Shown here piece by piece: positions 1 through 21,308 of a stretch of DNA of 64,000 bases. Every line of letters starts with the position of its first letter. Position 1 is the first letter of the stretch. Under the pieces are notes generated by a model. That model did not search any database. It was not told where the DNA came from and worked only from the letters and a program-made list of their open reading frames with translations. The translations under genes and the position numbers were made by a program. This DNA comes from Escherichia coli. Lineage in GTDB: Bacteria > Pseudomonadota > Gammaproteobacteria > Enterobacterales > Enterobacteriaceae. The stretch lies in NCBI RefSeq assembly GCF_003334315.1, contig NZ_QOWR01000011.1. The stretch is one strand, 5' to 3'.

Positions 1-1190
<1,190 letters not shown>

Positions 1191-1289
1191 TATTGCTGAC
1201 ACGGTTTTCCCCTCACCCTAACCCTCTCCCCAGAGGGGCGAGGGGACCGACCGAGCGCCTTTTTGACTCTGTACACGGTTAACACTTTG

Positions 1290-1325
1290 CCGGATGCGGC
1301 GTGAACGCCTGATCCGGCCTACGGT
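1290..1325. repeat. REP (repetitive extragenic palindrome) unit in pstA-pstB spacer; additional GC-rich inverted repeat at about 1205-1250
   Basis: gccggatgcggcgtgaacgcctgatccggcctac matches the canonical REP consensus; upstream ccctctccccagaggggcgagggg is an imperfect palindrome. Confidence 0.6.
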
Positions 1326-1333
1326 AAGCCTGA

Positions 1334-2146
<813 letters not shown>

Positions 2147-2160
2147 TTCAGGAGTGCGTT

Positions 2161-2886
2161 ATGGACAGTCTCAATCTTAATAAACATATTTCCGGCCAGT
2201 TCAACGCCGAACTGGAAAGTATCCGCACGCAGGTGATGACCATGGGCGGCATGGTGGAGCAGCAGCTTTCTGATGCAATCACCGCGATGCATAACCAGGA
2301 CAGCGATCTGGCGAAGCGCGTCATCGAAGGCGACAAGAACGTCAACATGATGGAAGTGGCGATCGATGAAGCCTGCGTGCGCATTATCGCCAAACGTCAG
2401 CCGACGGCGAGCGACCTGCGACTGGTTATGGTGATCAGTAAAACCATTGCCGAGCTGGAGCGTATTGGCGACGTGGCGGACAAAATCTGCCGTACTGCGC
2501 TGGAGAAATTCTCCCAGCAGCATCAGCCGTTGCTGGTAAGTCTGGAGTCGCTGGGCCGTCATACCATCCAGATGCTGCACGACGTGCTGGACGCGTTCGC
2601 GCGGATGGACATTGACGAAGCGGTACGTATTTATCGTGAAGATAAAAAAGTCGATCAGGAATACGAAGGTATTGTTCGTCAACTGATGACCTACATGATG
2701 GAAGATTCGCGTACCATTCCGAGCGTACTTACTGCGCTGTTCTGCGCGCGTTCTATCGAACGTATTGGCGACCGCTGCCAGAATATTTGTGAGTTTATCT
2801 TCTACTACGTGAAGGGGCAGGATTTCCGTCACGTCGGTGGCGATGAGCTGGATAAACTGCTGGCGGGGAAAGATAGCGACAAATAA
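2161..2886 (+). CDS. phoU: Phosphate signalling complex protein PhoU
   Basis: 241 aa from ATG 2161 ([14 protein letters not shown]...); the ORF-track start at 2143 is an upstream extension; duplicated PhoU-domain motifs. Confidence 0.92.
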   Translation: MDSLNLNKHISGQFNAELESIRTQVMTMGGMVEQQLSDAITAMHNQDSDLAKRVIEGDKNVNMMEVAIDEACVRIIAKRQPTASDLRLVMVISKTIAELERIGDVADKICRTALEKFSQQHQPLLVSLESLGRHTIQMLHDVLDAFARMDIDEAVRIYREDKKVDQEYEGIVRQLMTYMMEDSRTIPSVLTALFCARSIERIGDRCQNICEFIFYYVKGQDFRHVGGDELDKLLAGKDSDK

Positions 2887-2896
2887 TTCACCAGAC

Positions 2897-2930
2897 AAAT
2901 CCCAATAACTTAATTATTGGGATTTGTTAT
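2897..2930 (+). terminator. Rho-independent terminator of the pst-phoU operon
   Basis: Inverted repeat aaatcccaataa/ttattgggattt followed by a T/A-rich tract. Confidence 0.6.
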
Positions 2931-2939
2931 ATATAACTT

Positions 2940-3080
2940 TATAAATTCCTAAAATTACACAAAGTTAATAACTGCGAGCATGGTCATATTTTTATCAATA
3001 GCGCATTGCTATTTTCTCTGCACGCAATTAAATTAATTTCCGAACCTGGATGTTCGTTATAAAAACCATTAATAAATGAC
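2940..3080 (+). promoter_or_regulatory. bgl promoter region: AT-rich upstream silencer and weak CAP-like site
   Basis: Very AT-rich tract; TGCGAgcatggTCATA (2974-2989) resembles the CAP half-site arrangement TGTGA-N6-TCACA; positioned upstream of the bglG leader. Confidence 0.45.
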
Positions 3081-3081
3081 T

Positions 3082-7431
<4,350 letters not shown>

Positions 7432-7435
7432 CCAA

Positions 7436-7481
<46 letters not shown>

Positions 7482-7482
7482 A

Positions 7483-10329
<2,847 letters not shown>

Positions 10330-10334
10330 AATAA

Positions 10335-11066
<732 letters not shown>

Positions 11067-11078
11067 GCTGAAGAAATA

Positions 11079-11763
<685 letters not shown>

Positions 11764-12237
11764 TTAACTTAAAGAGTCTGTTTCAGGACATGAAATATCC
11801 AATCCGGGCAGACGGGTAATGATTCTGCTCATCACCACACCTGCCAGCAATGCAGGAATGATGCGGACAACGAGACTGTCACCAGAAAGAATGTTTTCAA
11901 ACAACTCCGAGGAAGCCATGCCCTTAATATGTACAATAACTGCACAATAGATCTCGGTGATAACGACGCCACCTATGCCACCAGCCAGACAACGATAATT
12001 TTTCTGTGACCCGATCTTTTCCGGCAGACAGGCGACCATCACGCCGGTTAACAATGCAGGAATAGCTCCCGTAGTAATCGACAATAAGAGAAACAATGGA
12101 AGTACCTGTATTATTACCAAAAGAACCAGCGGTTCTTTTGCGAAGAATATGTAGAGGACAAGAAACAGAACACCAATTAACGGTCCTAAAACCGCAAAAT
12201 AAAGTCCGTGATGTATTACCCGACGTGAAACAGACAT
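11764..12237 (-). CDS. cbrB: Inner membrane protein CbrB
   Basis: Hydrophobic about 157-aa protein starting at internal Met (MSVSRRVIHHGLYFAVLG...); the ORF-track N-terminal extension was rejected; exact start uncertain. Confidence 0.7.
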   Translation of the reverse strand: MSVSRRVIHHGLYFAVLGPLIGVLFLVLYIFFAKEPLVLLVIIQVLPLFLLLSITTGAIPALLTGVMVACLPEKIGSQKNYRCLAGGIGGVVITEIYCAVIVHIKGMASSELFENILSGDSLVVRIIPALLAGVVMSRIITRLPGLDISCPETDSLS

Positions 12238-12284
12238 ATCAAACACCCTTAACTTACCTTTGAGCGCCAATTTAAGCGGGGTAA

Positions 12285-12300
12285 GTGAAGGGAGTGTGAA
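12285..12300 (-). promoter_or_regulatory. cre-tag (CreB response-regulator binding direct repeat) upstream of cbrB
   Basis: Minus strand reads TTCACactcccTTCAC, matching the TTCACnnnnnnTTCAC cre-tag consensus, about 50 bp upstream of the cbrB start. Confidence 0.65.
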
Positions 12301-12303
12301 GAA

Positions 12304-12969
12304 CTATGCCGTAATATCCCAACCACGCGCTTTCCACAGTTCCGGTAACTGCGAAAGATGGGTAAAGGTGGTGACTTTCGGGTGAACGATCGGCTTATTG
12401 TGCGGGTCGGCGCAGAAGTAGAACACTTCCATACCTGCGTCGATACCAGATTGCGCACCGGCAACTGAGTCATCAACCAGAATGCAGTTTTCTACATTTA
12501 CATTCATCGCTTTTGCCGCATGGAACATTAACGCCGGGTCTGGCTTCCAGCGCTGAATATCGTAGCCGCTGAACAGTTTATCCGGGAAGTAGTGCAACAT
12601 ATTCAGCTTGCCCATAGAATGCTGCATTTTGTTATTTGGGCCGTTAGATACCACACACATTGGCGCAGTGATCGCTGACAGGAGCGCTCCAGCCCCTTCG
12701 ATGGCTTCCAGTTCTGAATCGAACAGCCGAGCGACTTCTGCACGGTAAACGTGTTCAGCTTCTGTTTTCGCTAACGTAACACCATGTTCAAGGGAAACAA
12801 TATCGATAATTTCGTACAGTTTTACACCTTTGAAACGTTTGAATACCTCTTCAGGATCGAGCGTAATACCAAATTCCTGAAACATCGTTACATATGCGCG
12901 AGAGCAAATGACTTCACTGTCGACCAGCGTACCGTCGCAGTCGAAAAATACCGCTTCTATCCGGGACAT
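12304..12969 (-). CDS. yieH: HAD-superfamily phosphatase (6-phosphogluconate phosphatase-like)
   Basis: 221-aa ORF with HAD motif I FFDCDGTLVDSE near the N-terminus. Confidence 0.85.
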   Translation of the reverse strand: MSRIEAVFFDCDGTLVDSEVICSRAYVTMFQEFGITLDPEEVFKRFKGVKLYEIIDIVSLEHGVTLAKTEAEHVYRAEVARLFDSELEAIEGAGALLSAITAPMCVVSNGPNNKMQHSMGKLNMLHYFPDKLFSGYDIQRWKPDPALMFHAAKAMNVNVENCILVDDSVAGAQSGIDAGMEVFYFCADPHNKPIVHPKVTTFTHLSQLPELWKARGWDITA

Positions 12970-13133
12970 GCCTTTCCTTTTTAATCAGTTTAACGTTTTC
13001 GTAGAGCCGATTTGCGCAACGCAATCGTTGCCGTATAAGTAAATCCAATAAAAAAGTCTCTCACAAACGCGCCTATTGTCGCATTTTGGTATACGATAGC
13101 GACGGATTTTCCCTCCTTGTTCGGAAATAGATA

Positions 13134-14471
13134 ATGAGTCAACAACACACAACCCAGGCTTCTGGCCAGGGGATGCTGGAACGCGTGTTTAAACTGCGCG
13201 AACATGGCACGACGGCACGGACCGAAGTGATCGCTGGTTTTACCACCTTCCTGACGATGGTTTACATCGTTTTTGTTAACCCGCAAATTCTTGGCGTTGC
13301 TGGCATGGATACCAGCGCCGTCTTCGTCACTACCTGTCTGATTGCTGCATTCGGCAGTATTATGATGGGACTGTTTGCTAACCTGCCAGTTGCACTGGCA
13401 CCCGCTATGGGCCTGAATGCGTTCTTCGCTTTTGTCGTTGTGCAGGCGATGGGCTTGCCGTGGCAGGTCGGGATGGGCGCAATCTTCTGGGGCGCGATAG
13501 GTCTGCTGTTACTGACGATTTTCCGCGTTCGCTACTGGATGATTGCCAACATTCCGGTGAGTCTGCGTGTGGGCATCACCAGCGGTATCGGTCTGTTCAT
13601 TGGTATGATGGGACTGAAGAATGCAGGTGTGATTGTCGCTAACCCGGAAACGCTGGTCAGCATCGGTAATCTGACTTCTCACAGCGTGCTGCTGGGGATC
13701 CTCGGCTTCTTCATCATCGCCATTCTGGCCTCGCGCAACATTCACGCGGCGGTGCTGGTTTCCATCGTGGTGACAACGCTGCTGGGCTGGATGCTGGGTG
13801 ATGTCCACTATAATGGCATCGTTTCTGCGCCGCCGAGCGTAATGACTGTCGTGGGTCATGTAGATTTAGCCGGTTCGTTTAACCTCGGCCTGGCAGGGGT
13901 GATTTTCTCTTTCATGCTGGTCAACCTGTTTGACTCCTCCGGTACGCTGATTGGCGTGACCGATAAAGCAGGTCTGGCGGATGAGAAGGGTAAATTCCCG
14001 CGCATGAAGCAGGCGCTATATGTCGACAGTATCTCTTCTGTTACCGGTTCGTTTATCGGTACTTCTTCTGTTACGGCGTATATCGAGTCTTCTTCCGGCG
14101 TTTCTGTTGGTGGTCGTACCGGTCTGACGGCAGTCGTTGTTGGTCTGCTGTTCCTGCTGGTTATCTTTCTGTCGCCGCTGGCGGGGATGGTGCCAGGCTA
14201 CGCTGCAGCTGGTGCGCTGATTTACGTTGGCGTGCTGATGACTTCCAGTCTGGCACGCGTGAACTGGCAGGATCTTACTGAATCTGTTCCGGCGTTTATT
14301 ACCGCCGTGATGATGCCGTTCAGCTTTTCGATTACCGAAGGTATTGCGCTGGGCTTTATCTCCTACTGCGTAATGAAAATCGGTACCGGACGTCTGCGTG
14401 ATCTAAGCCCGTGCGTAATCATCGTTGCGCTGCTGTTTATCCTGAAGATTGTGTTTATCGACGCTCACTAA
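13134..14471 (+). CDS. adeP: Adenine permease (NCS2/AzgA family)
   Basis: 445-aa polytopic membrane ORF; divergent from yieH. Confidence 0.88.
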   Translation: MSQQHTTQASGQGMLERVFKLREHGTTARTEVIAGFTTFLTMVYIVFVNPQILGVAGMDTSAVFVTTCLIAAFGSIMMGLFANLPVALAPAMGLNAFFAFVVVQAMGLPWQVGMGAIFWGAIGLLLLTIFRVRYWMIANIPVSLRVGITSGIGLFIGMMGLKNAGVIVANPETLVSIGNLTSHSVLLGILGFFIIAILASRNIHAAVLVSIVVTTLLGWMLGDVHYNGIVSAPPSVMTVVGHVDLAGSFNLGLAGVIFSFMLVNLFDSSGTLIGVTDKAGLADEKGKFPRMKQALYVDSISSVTGSFIGTSSVTAYIESSSGVSVGGRTGLTAVVVGLLFLLVIFLSPLAGMVPGYAAAGALIYVGVLMTSSLARVNWQDLTESVPAFITAVMMPFSFSITEGIALGFISYCVMKIGTGRLRDLSPCVIIVALLFILKIVFIDAH

Positions 14472-14486
14472 AATCGATAGCGCGTT

Positions 14487-14526
14487 AAAAACCCGCCATG
14501 CATGATTGCTGGCGGGTTATTTATTT
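14487..14526. terminator. Bidirectional rho-independent terminator between adeP and yieF
   Basis: aaaaacccgccatgcatgattgctggcgggttatttattt: GC stem cccgcca/tggcggg flanked by A-run and T-run. Confidence 0.7.
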
Positions 14527-15091
14527 AGATCTTAACTCGCTGAATAAACTCACCAAATGCGGTCAATTGCCCGGTCAGGTGGTCCAGCGTACCCTGGTCA
14601 ATCACTTCTCCGGTTTGCGGATCAACTTTGTTCTGAATCACGCCGCCCATAAATTCCGGCTTGTTCATCACCATTGCATCGAGGAAAACCAGAATCTGGC
14701 GCAGGTGATACTGACAGCGCGCGCCGCCAATCACGCCCATTGAGCTGGTCTGAATCAATACCGGTTTACCGGCCAGCGGTTGATCCGGCAGGCGGGAAAG
14801 CCAGTCGATGGCATTTTTCAGCCCACCCGGTACCGAGTAGTTATATTCCGGCGTGACGATCACCACACCGTCAGCCTGACGGATCTGTTCCGCCAGAGCT
14901 TCAACCGTTGCTGGAAAACCGTCTTCCTGCTGTACGTCAGCGTCATACAAGGGAATGTCGGCAATGGAAGGTAACGCATTGACTTCCATGCTCGCCGGAG
15001 CAATTTTCGGCAGGGTACGTGCAACCATGCCATTAAATGAGCCTTTGCGCAGGCTCCCCAGTAACGTAACCACCTGCAATTTTTCAGACAT
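14525..15091 (-). CDS. chrR: NAD(P)H-dependent FMN reductase / chromate reductase
   Basis: 188-aa ORF, flavodoxin-like NADPH-dependent FMN reductase signature (LGSLRKGSFN). Confidence 0.85.
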   Translation of the reverse strand: MSEKLQVVTLLGSLRKGSFNGMVARTLPKIAPASMEVNALPSIADIPLYDADVQQEDGFPATVEALAEQIRQADGVVIVTPEYNYSVPGGLKNAIDWLSRLPDQPLAGKPVLIQTSSMGVIGGARCQYHLRQILVFLDAMVMNKPEFMGGVIQNKVDPQTGEVIDQGTLDHLTGQLTAFGEFIQRVKI

Positions 15092-15112
15092 GATGACTCC
15101 TGTGGTTGTCTA

Positions 15113-15874
15113 TCAATTTGGCGAAAAAGCCTTCACGGTAGAGAGTTGGGCAAAACGCATCATCCGGCTGGTAGGATTGTTGGCGCGGCTGTGAATATCC
15201 GGCAGGCTTTTCCAGCCGTGTTTGCCATCTAACTCCCAGACACTGAGCTTTTCAATCGTGGGCGTGACCGCCACGGACCACACCAGCACGTCTTCCGCGT
15301 CGCATAACGCTTCTACATGATTTACATGAGCACATTTCAGGCGTCCGGCAATGGGCAGCAGCTGCAGATCGCGCGGATCGTCATTCAAAACATCACCGGT
15401 TAGTTTTAGCACGCTTCGGCGCAGCGTGATGAGCTGCGCCCGCGCTTCGTTAGGATCGTTTTGTTTACTGATCCATAGCGATTCATTGCTGGAAAAGGTG
15501 TGGTTATCGGGCGCGTGTGGGCTATGAAACCCGCGCGTCGCACGCTGTAGTTCCATATCGAGACCACATTCACCTTCGGTTGTTAACGCCACGCCAACCA
15601 TATTCCCGGCATAGGAAATAGAAAACGAAGGCAAATTTTTATCACTGAAAACCGGTTTACCTTTCGGCAGGGTGACGATTTCCGGCAATTCGCCAATGCC
15701 ATACAGCATGAACATCAGTTCTGCGAGTAAACCTCTAGACGCCAGAAAACGGCTTTGACGATGAGGGGGAATGTTTCGGGCTTCTTGATGACACTGGGAG
15801 GGGAGACGAACAGAAATCAGATGTCCTTCCGTTAAAATCCCTCGGGCAAAGTGAGTCGCCATTTTTCGCTCCAT
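15113..15874 (-). CDS. yieE: Putative 4'-phosphopantetheinyl transferase family protein
   Basis: 253-aa ORF; synteny upstream of yieF; family assignment from recognition, not search. Confidence 0.7.
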   Translation of the reverse strand: MERKMATHFARGILTEGHLISVRLPSQCHQEARNIPPHRQSRFLASRGLLAELMFMLYGIGELPEIVTLPKGKPVFSDKNLPSFSISYAGNMVGVALTTEGECGLDMELQRATRGFHSPHAPDNHTFSSNESLWISKQNDPNEARAQLITLRRSVLKLTGDVLNDDPRDLQLLPIAGRLKCAHVNHVEALCDAEDVLVWSVAVTPTIEKLSVWELDGKHGWKSLPDIHSRANNPTSRMMRFAQLSTVKAFSPN

Positions 15875-16018
15875 GCTTAATGGTCCATTATGAATACAAG
15901 AGTAATCATTTACTGGAATGATGGACAGACTAAAGCGGCTAAAAGTTCGATTCAGACAAGCTTATTACAACTTTTTTACATTTTATTGTGAAATTGGGTC
16001 GCGTTTCATACGATTCGG

Positions 16019-16978
16019 TTATGCCATCGACGCGTAAAGGTTTTTAATGGTTTCCCGTAACCAGACGATCTTCGGATTATGGCTGTTCCGTTTATGCCAC
16101 AGCAGGGTAAAAGGAACTTCCAGCTTTTTTTGCTGGCTTTCGTCAAACGGGAGAGGAAGAGCAACCAACGGCAGTTGATGGAGTTGATTGTAGTACTGAC
16201 AGTAGCGCGGCGCGGTCGCCAGTAGCAGATTGTCGGGTTGCGCTGCCATAAACAGTGACTGCTCAAATTCCGGCAGGCTCATAGCAATCGTGCGTTCGCG
16301 CCCCAGCTCCTGTAACACATTGTCCAGCGCCCAGGTGTCGCTCTGTTCCCAGCAAATGCTGATATGCGGATAACGTAAAAAGGTGTCCAGATTCCACGTT
16401 TCATGCAGTGCCGGATGATCTTTGCGTAACCAGACGCAGGGTACATCACTAAACAGCACTTCATAATCAATGGCTAACGGTAGCGAGCTTAACAGCTCCC
16501 GCGAGCGAGGATGGCTTTCGCGACCGGAAAAACCAATATCCACTTCACCACGAGTAATGGCATCTAAGGAATCGTAATCCCAGTTACGTAGTTTGATGGT
16601 CGCCTGCGGGTAACGTTGGTAGATCCGTTTCGACAGCGCATTAAGCATGATCATCATCAGCGGCGATTCCGCCGCCAACTCAAACTTCAGGCCGCGCGGT
16701 GTCTGGTGGTGCGGTTTATCCAGCAGCAGATTGCTCATTTGCATCTATTCCGCCAGATTTTGCTCCATGCTGACCATCAGCGGTGTGGGCGACAGACCCA
16801 GCGGTGAGTTCACAAAGAGCGGGTCGTCAAACCACGCTCTTAACTTTGCCAGCGACTTACTCACCGCCGAAGGTGTCACGTTTATCCGCTTCGCCGCTTT
16901 GGTTACGCTGCGCTCCTGCATCAGCAGTTGCAGACAAAGCAGCAGATTGAGATCAAGCGTGGTGATGGATTTCTTCAT
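16019..16978 (-). pseudogene. yidZ: LysR-family transcriptional regulator YidZ interrupted by an in-frame TAG (amber) between the HTH and effector domains
   Basis: ORF-track pieces 16745..16987 (HTH: ...[16 protein letters not shown]...) and 16019..16744 (substrate-binding domain) are in the same frame, separated only by TAG at 16745-16747 (minus strand); combined length matches the expected 319 aa. Confidence 0.7.
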
Positions 16979-18128
16979 GAGCGGCAACGGGGCGTCCAGG
17001 CGCGACGAACATAATCAGCAACAGGCTCACTATGCTACAGGCAATCAGAATCCCGATCAGCATATTCCATGCGCCGATACCAACCACCGCTGCCAGCCAA
17101 ATCCACAGTGACGAACCGCAAACCTGCGCAATACCTAAGGTCGAGCTGGCTACGCCCGCGCGTAATGAAAACGGCCCTAACGCCTGACTCATCGCCACAC
17201 CAAAACCTACCGAGAAACCGGCGCAAATCAGCGTGATACCAAACAGAGAAACCGCATGGGAAGGTGAAACGGCAAGAGTGATCCCCGCCGCCAGGAATAA
17301 CACCTGCGAGGTGATCATCAACGTACGTGGCTTAAAAATTCCCAGCGCAAATGGCGTGGAGAATGAAACGGTCATGCTGACGCCAGCGGTCAGCGCCATA
17401 ATGGTGGCGTATTCACCGCGCTCAAACCCCATGATTTCCATCAGCAATACCGGTGACGTGTTGACGAAAGTGAGGATCACCGAAACGCTGAGGGTGGTGA
17501 TAACAACACGGCTGAGGAAAAAACGGTTAAGCAGCGACTCGCTATTTTCTCGTGGTTTATCCGAAGCTGCGGGGGCCGCTGGGCGCGTTTCTTTTAAAAT
17601 AAACAAAGACAACATCAGTACCGCGATGCCCATCATTGCCATCGCCCAGAACAGACTCTGCCACGGGAATTTAAGCATAATCAGATGTCCGAGCACTGGC
17701 GCTAACACCGGAATGATGCAGGTAATACCGTTGAGTAATGACAGCACTTTAGCCCGACGTCGATCATCCAGCGTGTCGCGCAAAATAGCGAACGCCACTA
17801 CGTAACAACAGCCTGCGCCCAACCCCTGTAGAAATCGGCCTGCAAGAAATAACGTGCTGGTTTCAGCCAGTGAACAGAACACCGAGGCAATAATAAATAG
17901 CGCCGCGCCGGGTATGGCGACCGGCTTTCTCCCTGAACGATCGGCCACTTTACCGGCAAATAACATCGCAGCTGCCATCCCCGCCAGATATACGGAGAAC
18001 GCAATATGCAACTGCGCTTCGCTGGCATTGAGATCGGCGGCGATGCGCGGTAAACCAACGAGGTACATATCAATCCCGGCGGGATAAAGTAAAACCAGGG
18101 CAAAACTACAAATCAAAAAGCGGGACAT
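16953..18128 (-). CDS. mdtL: MFS multidrug efflux transporter MdtL
   Basis: 391-aa 12-TM MFS ORF; 3' end overlaps the yidZ start by about 26 bp. Confidence 0.88.
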   Translation of the reverse strand: MSRFLICSFALVLLYPAGIDMYLVGLPRIAADLNASEAQLHIAFSVYLAGMAAAMLFAGKVADRSGRKPVAIPGAALFIIASVFCSLAETSTLFLAGRFLQGLGAGCCYVVAFAILRDTLDDRRRAKVLSLLNGITCIIPVLAPVLGHLIMLKFPWQSLFWAMAMMGIAVLMLSLFILKETRPAAPAASDKPRENSESLLNRFFLSRVVITTLSVSVILTFVNTSPVLLMEIMGFERGEYATIMALTAGVSMTVSFSTPFALGIFKPRTLMITSQVLFLAAGITLAVSPSHAVSLFGITLICAGFSVGFGVAMSQALGPFSLRAGVASSTLGIAQVCGSSLWIWLAAVVGIGAWNMLIGILIACSIVSLLLIMFVAPGRPVAAHEEIHHHA

Positions 18129-18259
18129 GGGCTAAAGCGTCCTGATAGTAAGGTGACGCAAAGCATACGTGGTGAAGGAGGATCAGGCGAGTTGCCATTT
18201 GGACATAAGTGATTTCCTGAGAGGCAAGAAGCCAGCGAATGGCTGGCTTCTTGAAGGAT

Positions 18260-19507
18260 TTAGCCAAATTTAGGTAACACGTTAAAGACGTTGCCGAACC
18301 AGCACAAAATCACGGTTATACCAAAGAGAATGACAATCGCCGGAATAAGATTGCCGCCCCAGACCGTGAACATCTGATTGGGAAACTTCTTGCGAGCTTT
18401 GATTGCAAGCACTGCGGGAATAATGACCGCCCAGATGGTGGCGCACAGCCCGGCACCGCCGATCCCGTAAATAAAGCCGTTCGGGAAGATCAGATACAAC
18501 AACGCAGGTGGCAGGAAGGTTAACAGCACGGTTTTGAAACGCCCGCCGTGGGAGTTATCAATCTTAAACAGGTCCGCCAGATAATCGAACAACCCCAGCG
18601 TGACACCAAAGAACGAACTGGCAACAGCTAAGTTAGAGAACACCAGCAGGCAAAACTCGATAATGCCGTGCTGTTTGGTGCCGAGGAACGATTTCACCAG
18701 CGAATCAACGTTGCCGCCTGAGGAGATAATCGCCTTAAAGCTTTCTCGCGGAATATTCCCCATGGTGCAATAGAGCCAGAAGAGATAAATCACCAGCGCC
18801 AGCAGCGAACCAAATACTACGCTTTTGATTAACTTATCTTTGCGTTTTCCATAGCAAATAATCAGGCTGGGAATATTGCCGTGGAAACCAAATGACGCCA
18901 GACACACCGGCAAAGCCATAAAGATATACGGGAAGTAAGACGTTCCCGCAGTGGAGCTGGTGGCGTCGCGCAGAATGGAGTAATCGACCTGGAAGAAAAA
19001 AGAACCAAACACGATCACAAAGGAGATAATCTTCAGCCCGAGGAACAATGAGGTAATACGACTGGCGGCTAACGAACTTAACCACAATACGCTGGCAACG
19101 AAAATGGCTGTGCAGATCCCGACAATACGTGGATTAGCGTGATAACCCAAATTCATTGATATCGTTTCACTAATGATCGCACCATTAGCAGAGATATAGG
19201 CATAAGTGAGGATATAGAGAACGAAGGCAACGGTAATACCGCTGATAATGTTCCAGGTGTTACCGATTAAATCTTTGGTGATGGTGTTAAAACTGGAGCC
19301 GACGGGATAATTTAAATTTGCTTCTAATAACAATAACCCGGAATGAAGCATTGAAAACCAGGCAATGATAAGGATAAAGGCACCCCAGAAAAACCAGGCA
19401 CCGGCAAGATCAACAGGTAAAGCAAACATACCTCCACCAATTACTGTACCTGCTATAACCATAACACCCCAAAATGCAGAGTGCTTTTTTTCAGCTTGAT
19501 CAGTCAT
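18260..19507 (-). CDS. tnaB: Low-affinity tryptophan permease
   Basis: 415-aa aromatic amino acid permease ORF downstream of tnaA. Confidence 0.9.
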   Translation of the reverse strand: MTDQAEKKHSAFWGVMVIAGTVIGGGMFALPVDLAGAWFFWGAFILIIAWFSMLHSGLLLLEANLNYPVGSSFNTITKDLIGNTWNIISGITVAFVLYILTYAYISANGAIISETISMNLGYHANPRIVGICTAIFVASVLWLSSLAASRITSLFLGLKIISFVIVFGSFFFQVDYSILRDATSSTAGTSYFPYIFMALPVCLASFGFHGNIPSLIICYGKRKDKLIKSVVFGSLLALVIYLFWLYCTMGNIPRESFKAIISSGGNVDSLVKSFLGTKQHGIIEFCLLVFSNLAVASSFFGVTLGLFDYLADLFKIDNSHGGRFKTVLLTFLPPALLYLIFPNGFIYGIGGAGLCATIWAVIIPAVLAIKARKKFPNQMFTVWGGNLIPAIVILFGITVILCWFGNVFNVLPKFG

Positions 19508-19597
19508 GATGCCACCTTTAGAGGAAGGCTATTTTTGTTATTGAGGATGTAGGGTAAGAGAGTGGCTAACATCCTTATAGCCACTCTGTAGTATTAA

Positions 19598-21013
19598 TTA
19601 AACTTCTTTAAGTTTTGCGGTGAAGTGACGCAATACTTTCGGTTCGTACGTAAAGGTTAATCCTTTAATATTCGCCGCGTTCTCTTTCACATGTTTAAAG
19701 GCTTCAATAATGAAGTCCATATGTGTTTGAGTATATGTTGCGCGCGGAATGGTTAAACGCAGCAGTTCAGCCGGGCATGGCAGTTGTTTACCGGTTTTCG
19801 GATCGCGGCCTAACAGGAAAGAGCCAATTTCTACCGCACGGATACCGGCGACTTTATACAGCTCGCAGGCCAGCGCCTGTGCCGGGAACTGGTCTGCCGG
19901 GATATGCGGCAACAGTTTACCGGCATCAACGAATGCCGCGTGACCGCCCGCCTGCTGGCAGACAACGCCAATCTCTTCCAGACCATCGACCAGATACTGT
20001 ACCTGCGCGATACGATAAGCCAGCCAGTCGAGATTCATGCCGTCATACAGACCTACCGCCAGACGCTCCATCGCGCCGCCTTCCAGGCCGCCATATGTCG
20101 GGAAGCCTTCCTGCACCACGCAAAGGGTTCTGCACTCGGTGTACACATCAAAGAAGCTGTCGTCTTTCATGCACAGCAGGCCGCCCATCGGCACCATCGC
20201 ATCTTTCTTGGCGGACATCGCCAGCATATCGGCATATTTGTAGGTTTCGCGGGTGATCTGCTCGATGGTCCAGTCTTTGTATTCTGCTTCACGCTGCTTG
20301 ATGAAATAGGCGTTTTCAGCAAAGCGCGCGGAGTCCATTACCACCGGAATATCGTATTTCTTCGCGATGCTGTACATCGCTTTTAAGTTTGCCAGTGAAA
20401 CCGGCTGACCACCTGCAGAGTTACTGGTGATGGTTGCAACGATATACGGCACGTTATTCGGACCAACTTCTTCAATACCGCGTTCTAATCCCTCAAGGTC
20501 AAAGTTGCCTTTAAAGTCGTAACGCACGCCCGTATCGAAGGCTTCTTTGATATAGACGTTACGCACGGTACAGCCGTTGATCTGGCTATGGCCCTGCGTG
20601 GTATCAAAGAAATAGTTAGAGAACGCCACCATTTTGCTGCGATCCAGGCCTTTTTCCTGCTCGCGTTTTTTAATCAGTACCGGAATATAGATTTGCTCTG
20701 CGCCACGGCCCTGGTGAGTCGGAATGGTGTATTGATAACCAAAGATATTTTTCACTGACTCGGCTAACGCATAGTAGCTACGACTGCCGCTGTAGGCTTC
20801 GTCGCCGCGCATCATCGCAGCCTGCATGCTCTGCGTCACCGCCCCGGTGCCGCTGTCGGTCAGTAAATCGATAAACACATCTTCGCTATCCAGCAGGAAC
20901 GGGTTCATACCGGATTTAATAATTGCCTCTTCACGATAAGCGCGAGTGGTACGTTTTACTGGCTCAATAACACGAATGCGGAACGGTTCAGGGAGATGTT
21001 TAAAGTTTTCCAT
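19598..21013 (-). CDS. tnaA: Tryptophanase (tryptophan indole-lyase), PLP-dependent
   Basis: 471 aa from internal Met ([24 protein letters not shown]...); the ORF-track start MKDYV is an upstream extension. Confidence 0.93.
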
Positions 21014-21233
21014 TACATAATCCTTCATTTATTTTAATTACAGTGATCCCTGTGAATATTACATCTGCTATACCGATTAATTCGCCAGATATATATGCAA
21101 GCACCATCATTTACTAAAACAAGTAAATAAACGAGAGATGACCTTTGCAAAAGGCAAAATTAAGATATAGCAAACAAATAGATCACATTGAATCTAATCG
21201 GTTTGGCTCTGGTGATGGCTACAGAAGGGCAAA

Positions 21234-21308
21234 TCAAGGGCGGTGATCGACAATTTTGTTGTCAATATTGAACCATTTTGAGGTCACACATATATGTAAG
21301 ATATTCAT
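21234..21308 (-). CDS. tnaC: tna operon leader peptide TnaC (24 aa)
   Basis: Minus-strand ORF atgaatatcttacatatatgtgtgacctcaaaatggttcaatattgacaacaaaattgtcgatcaccgcccttga = MNILHICVTSKWFNIDNKIVDHRP*; below the ORF-track size cutoff. Confidence 0.9.
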   Translation of the reverse strand: MNILHICVTSKWFNIDNKIVDHRP

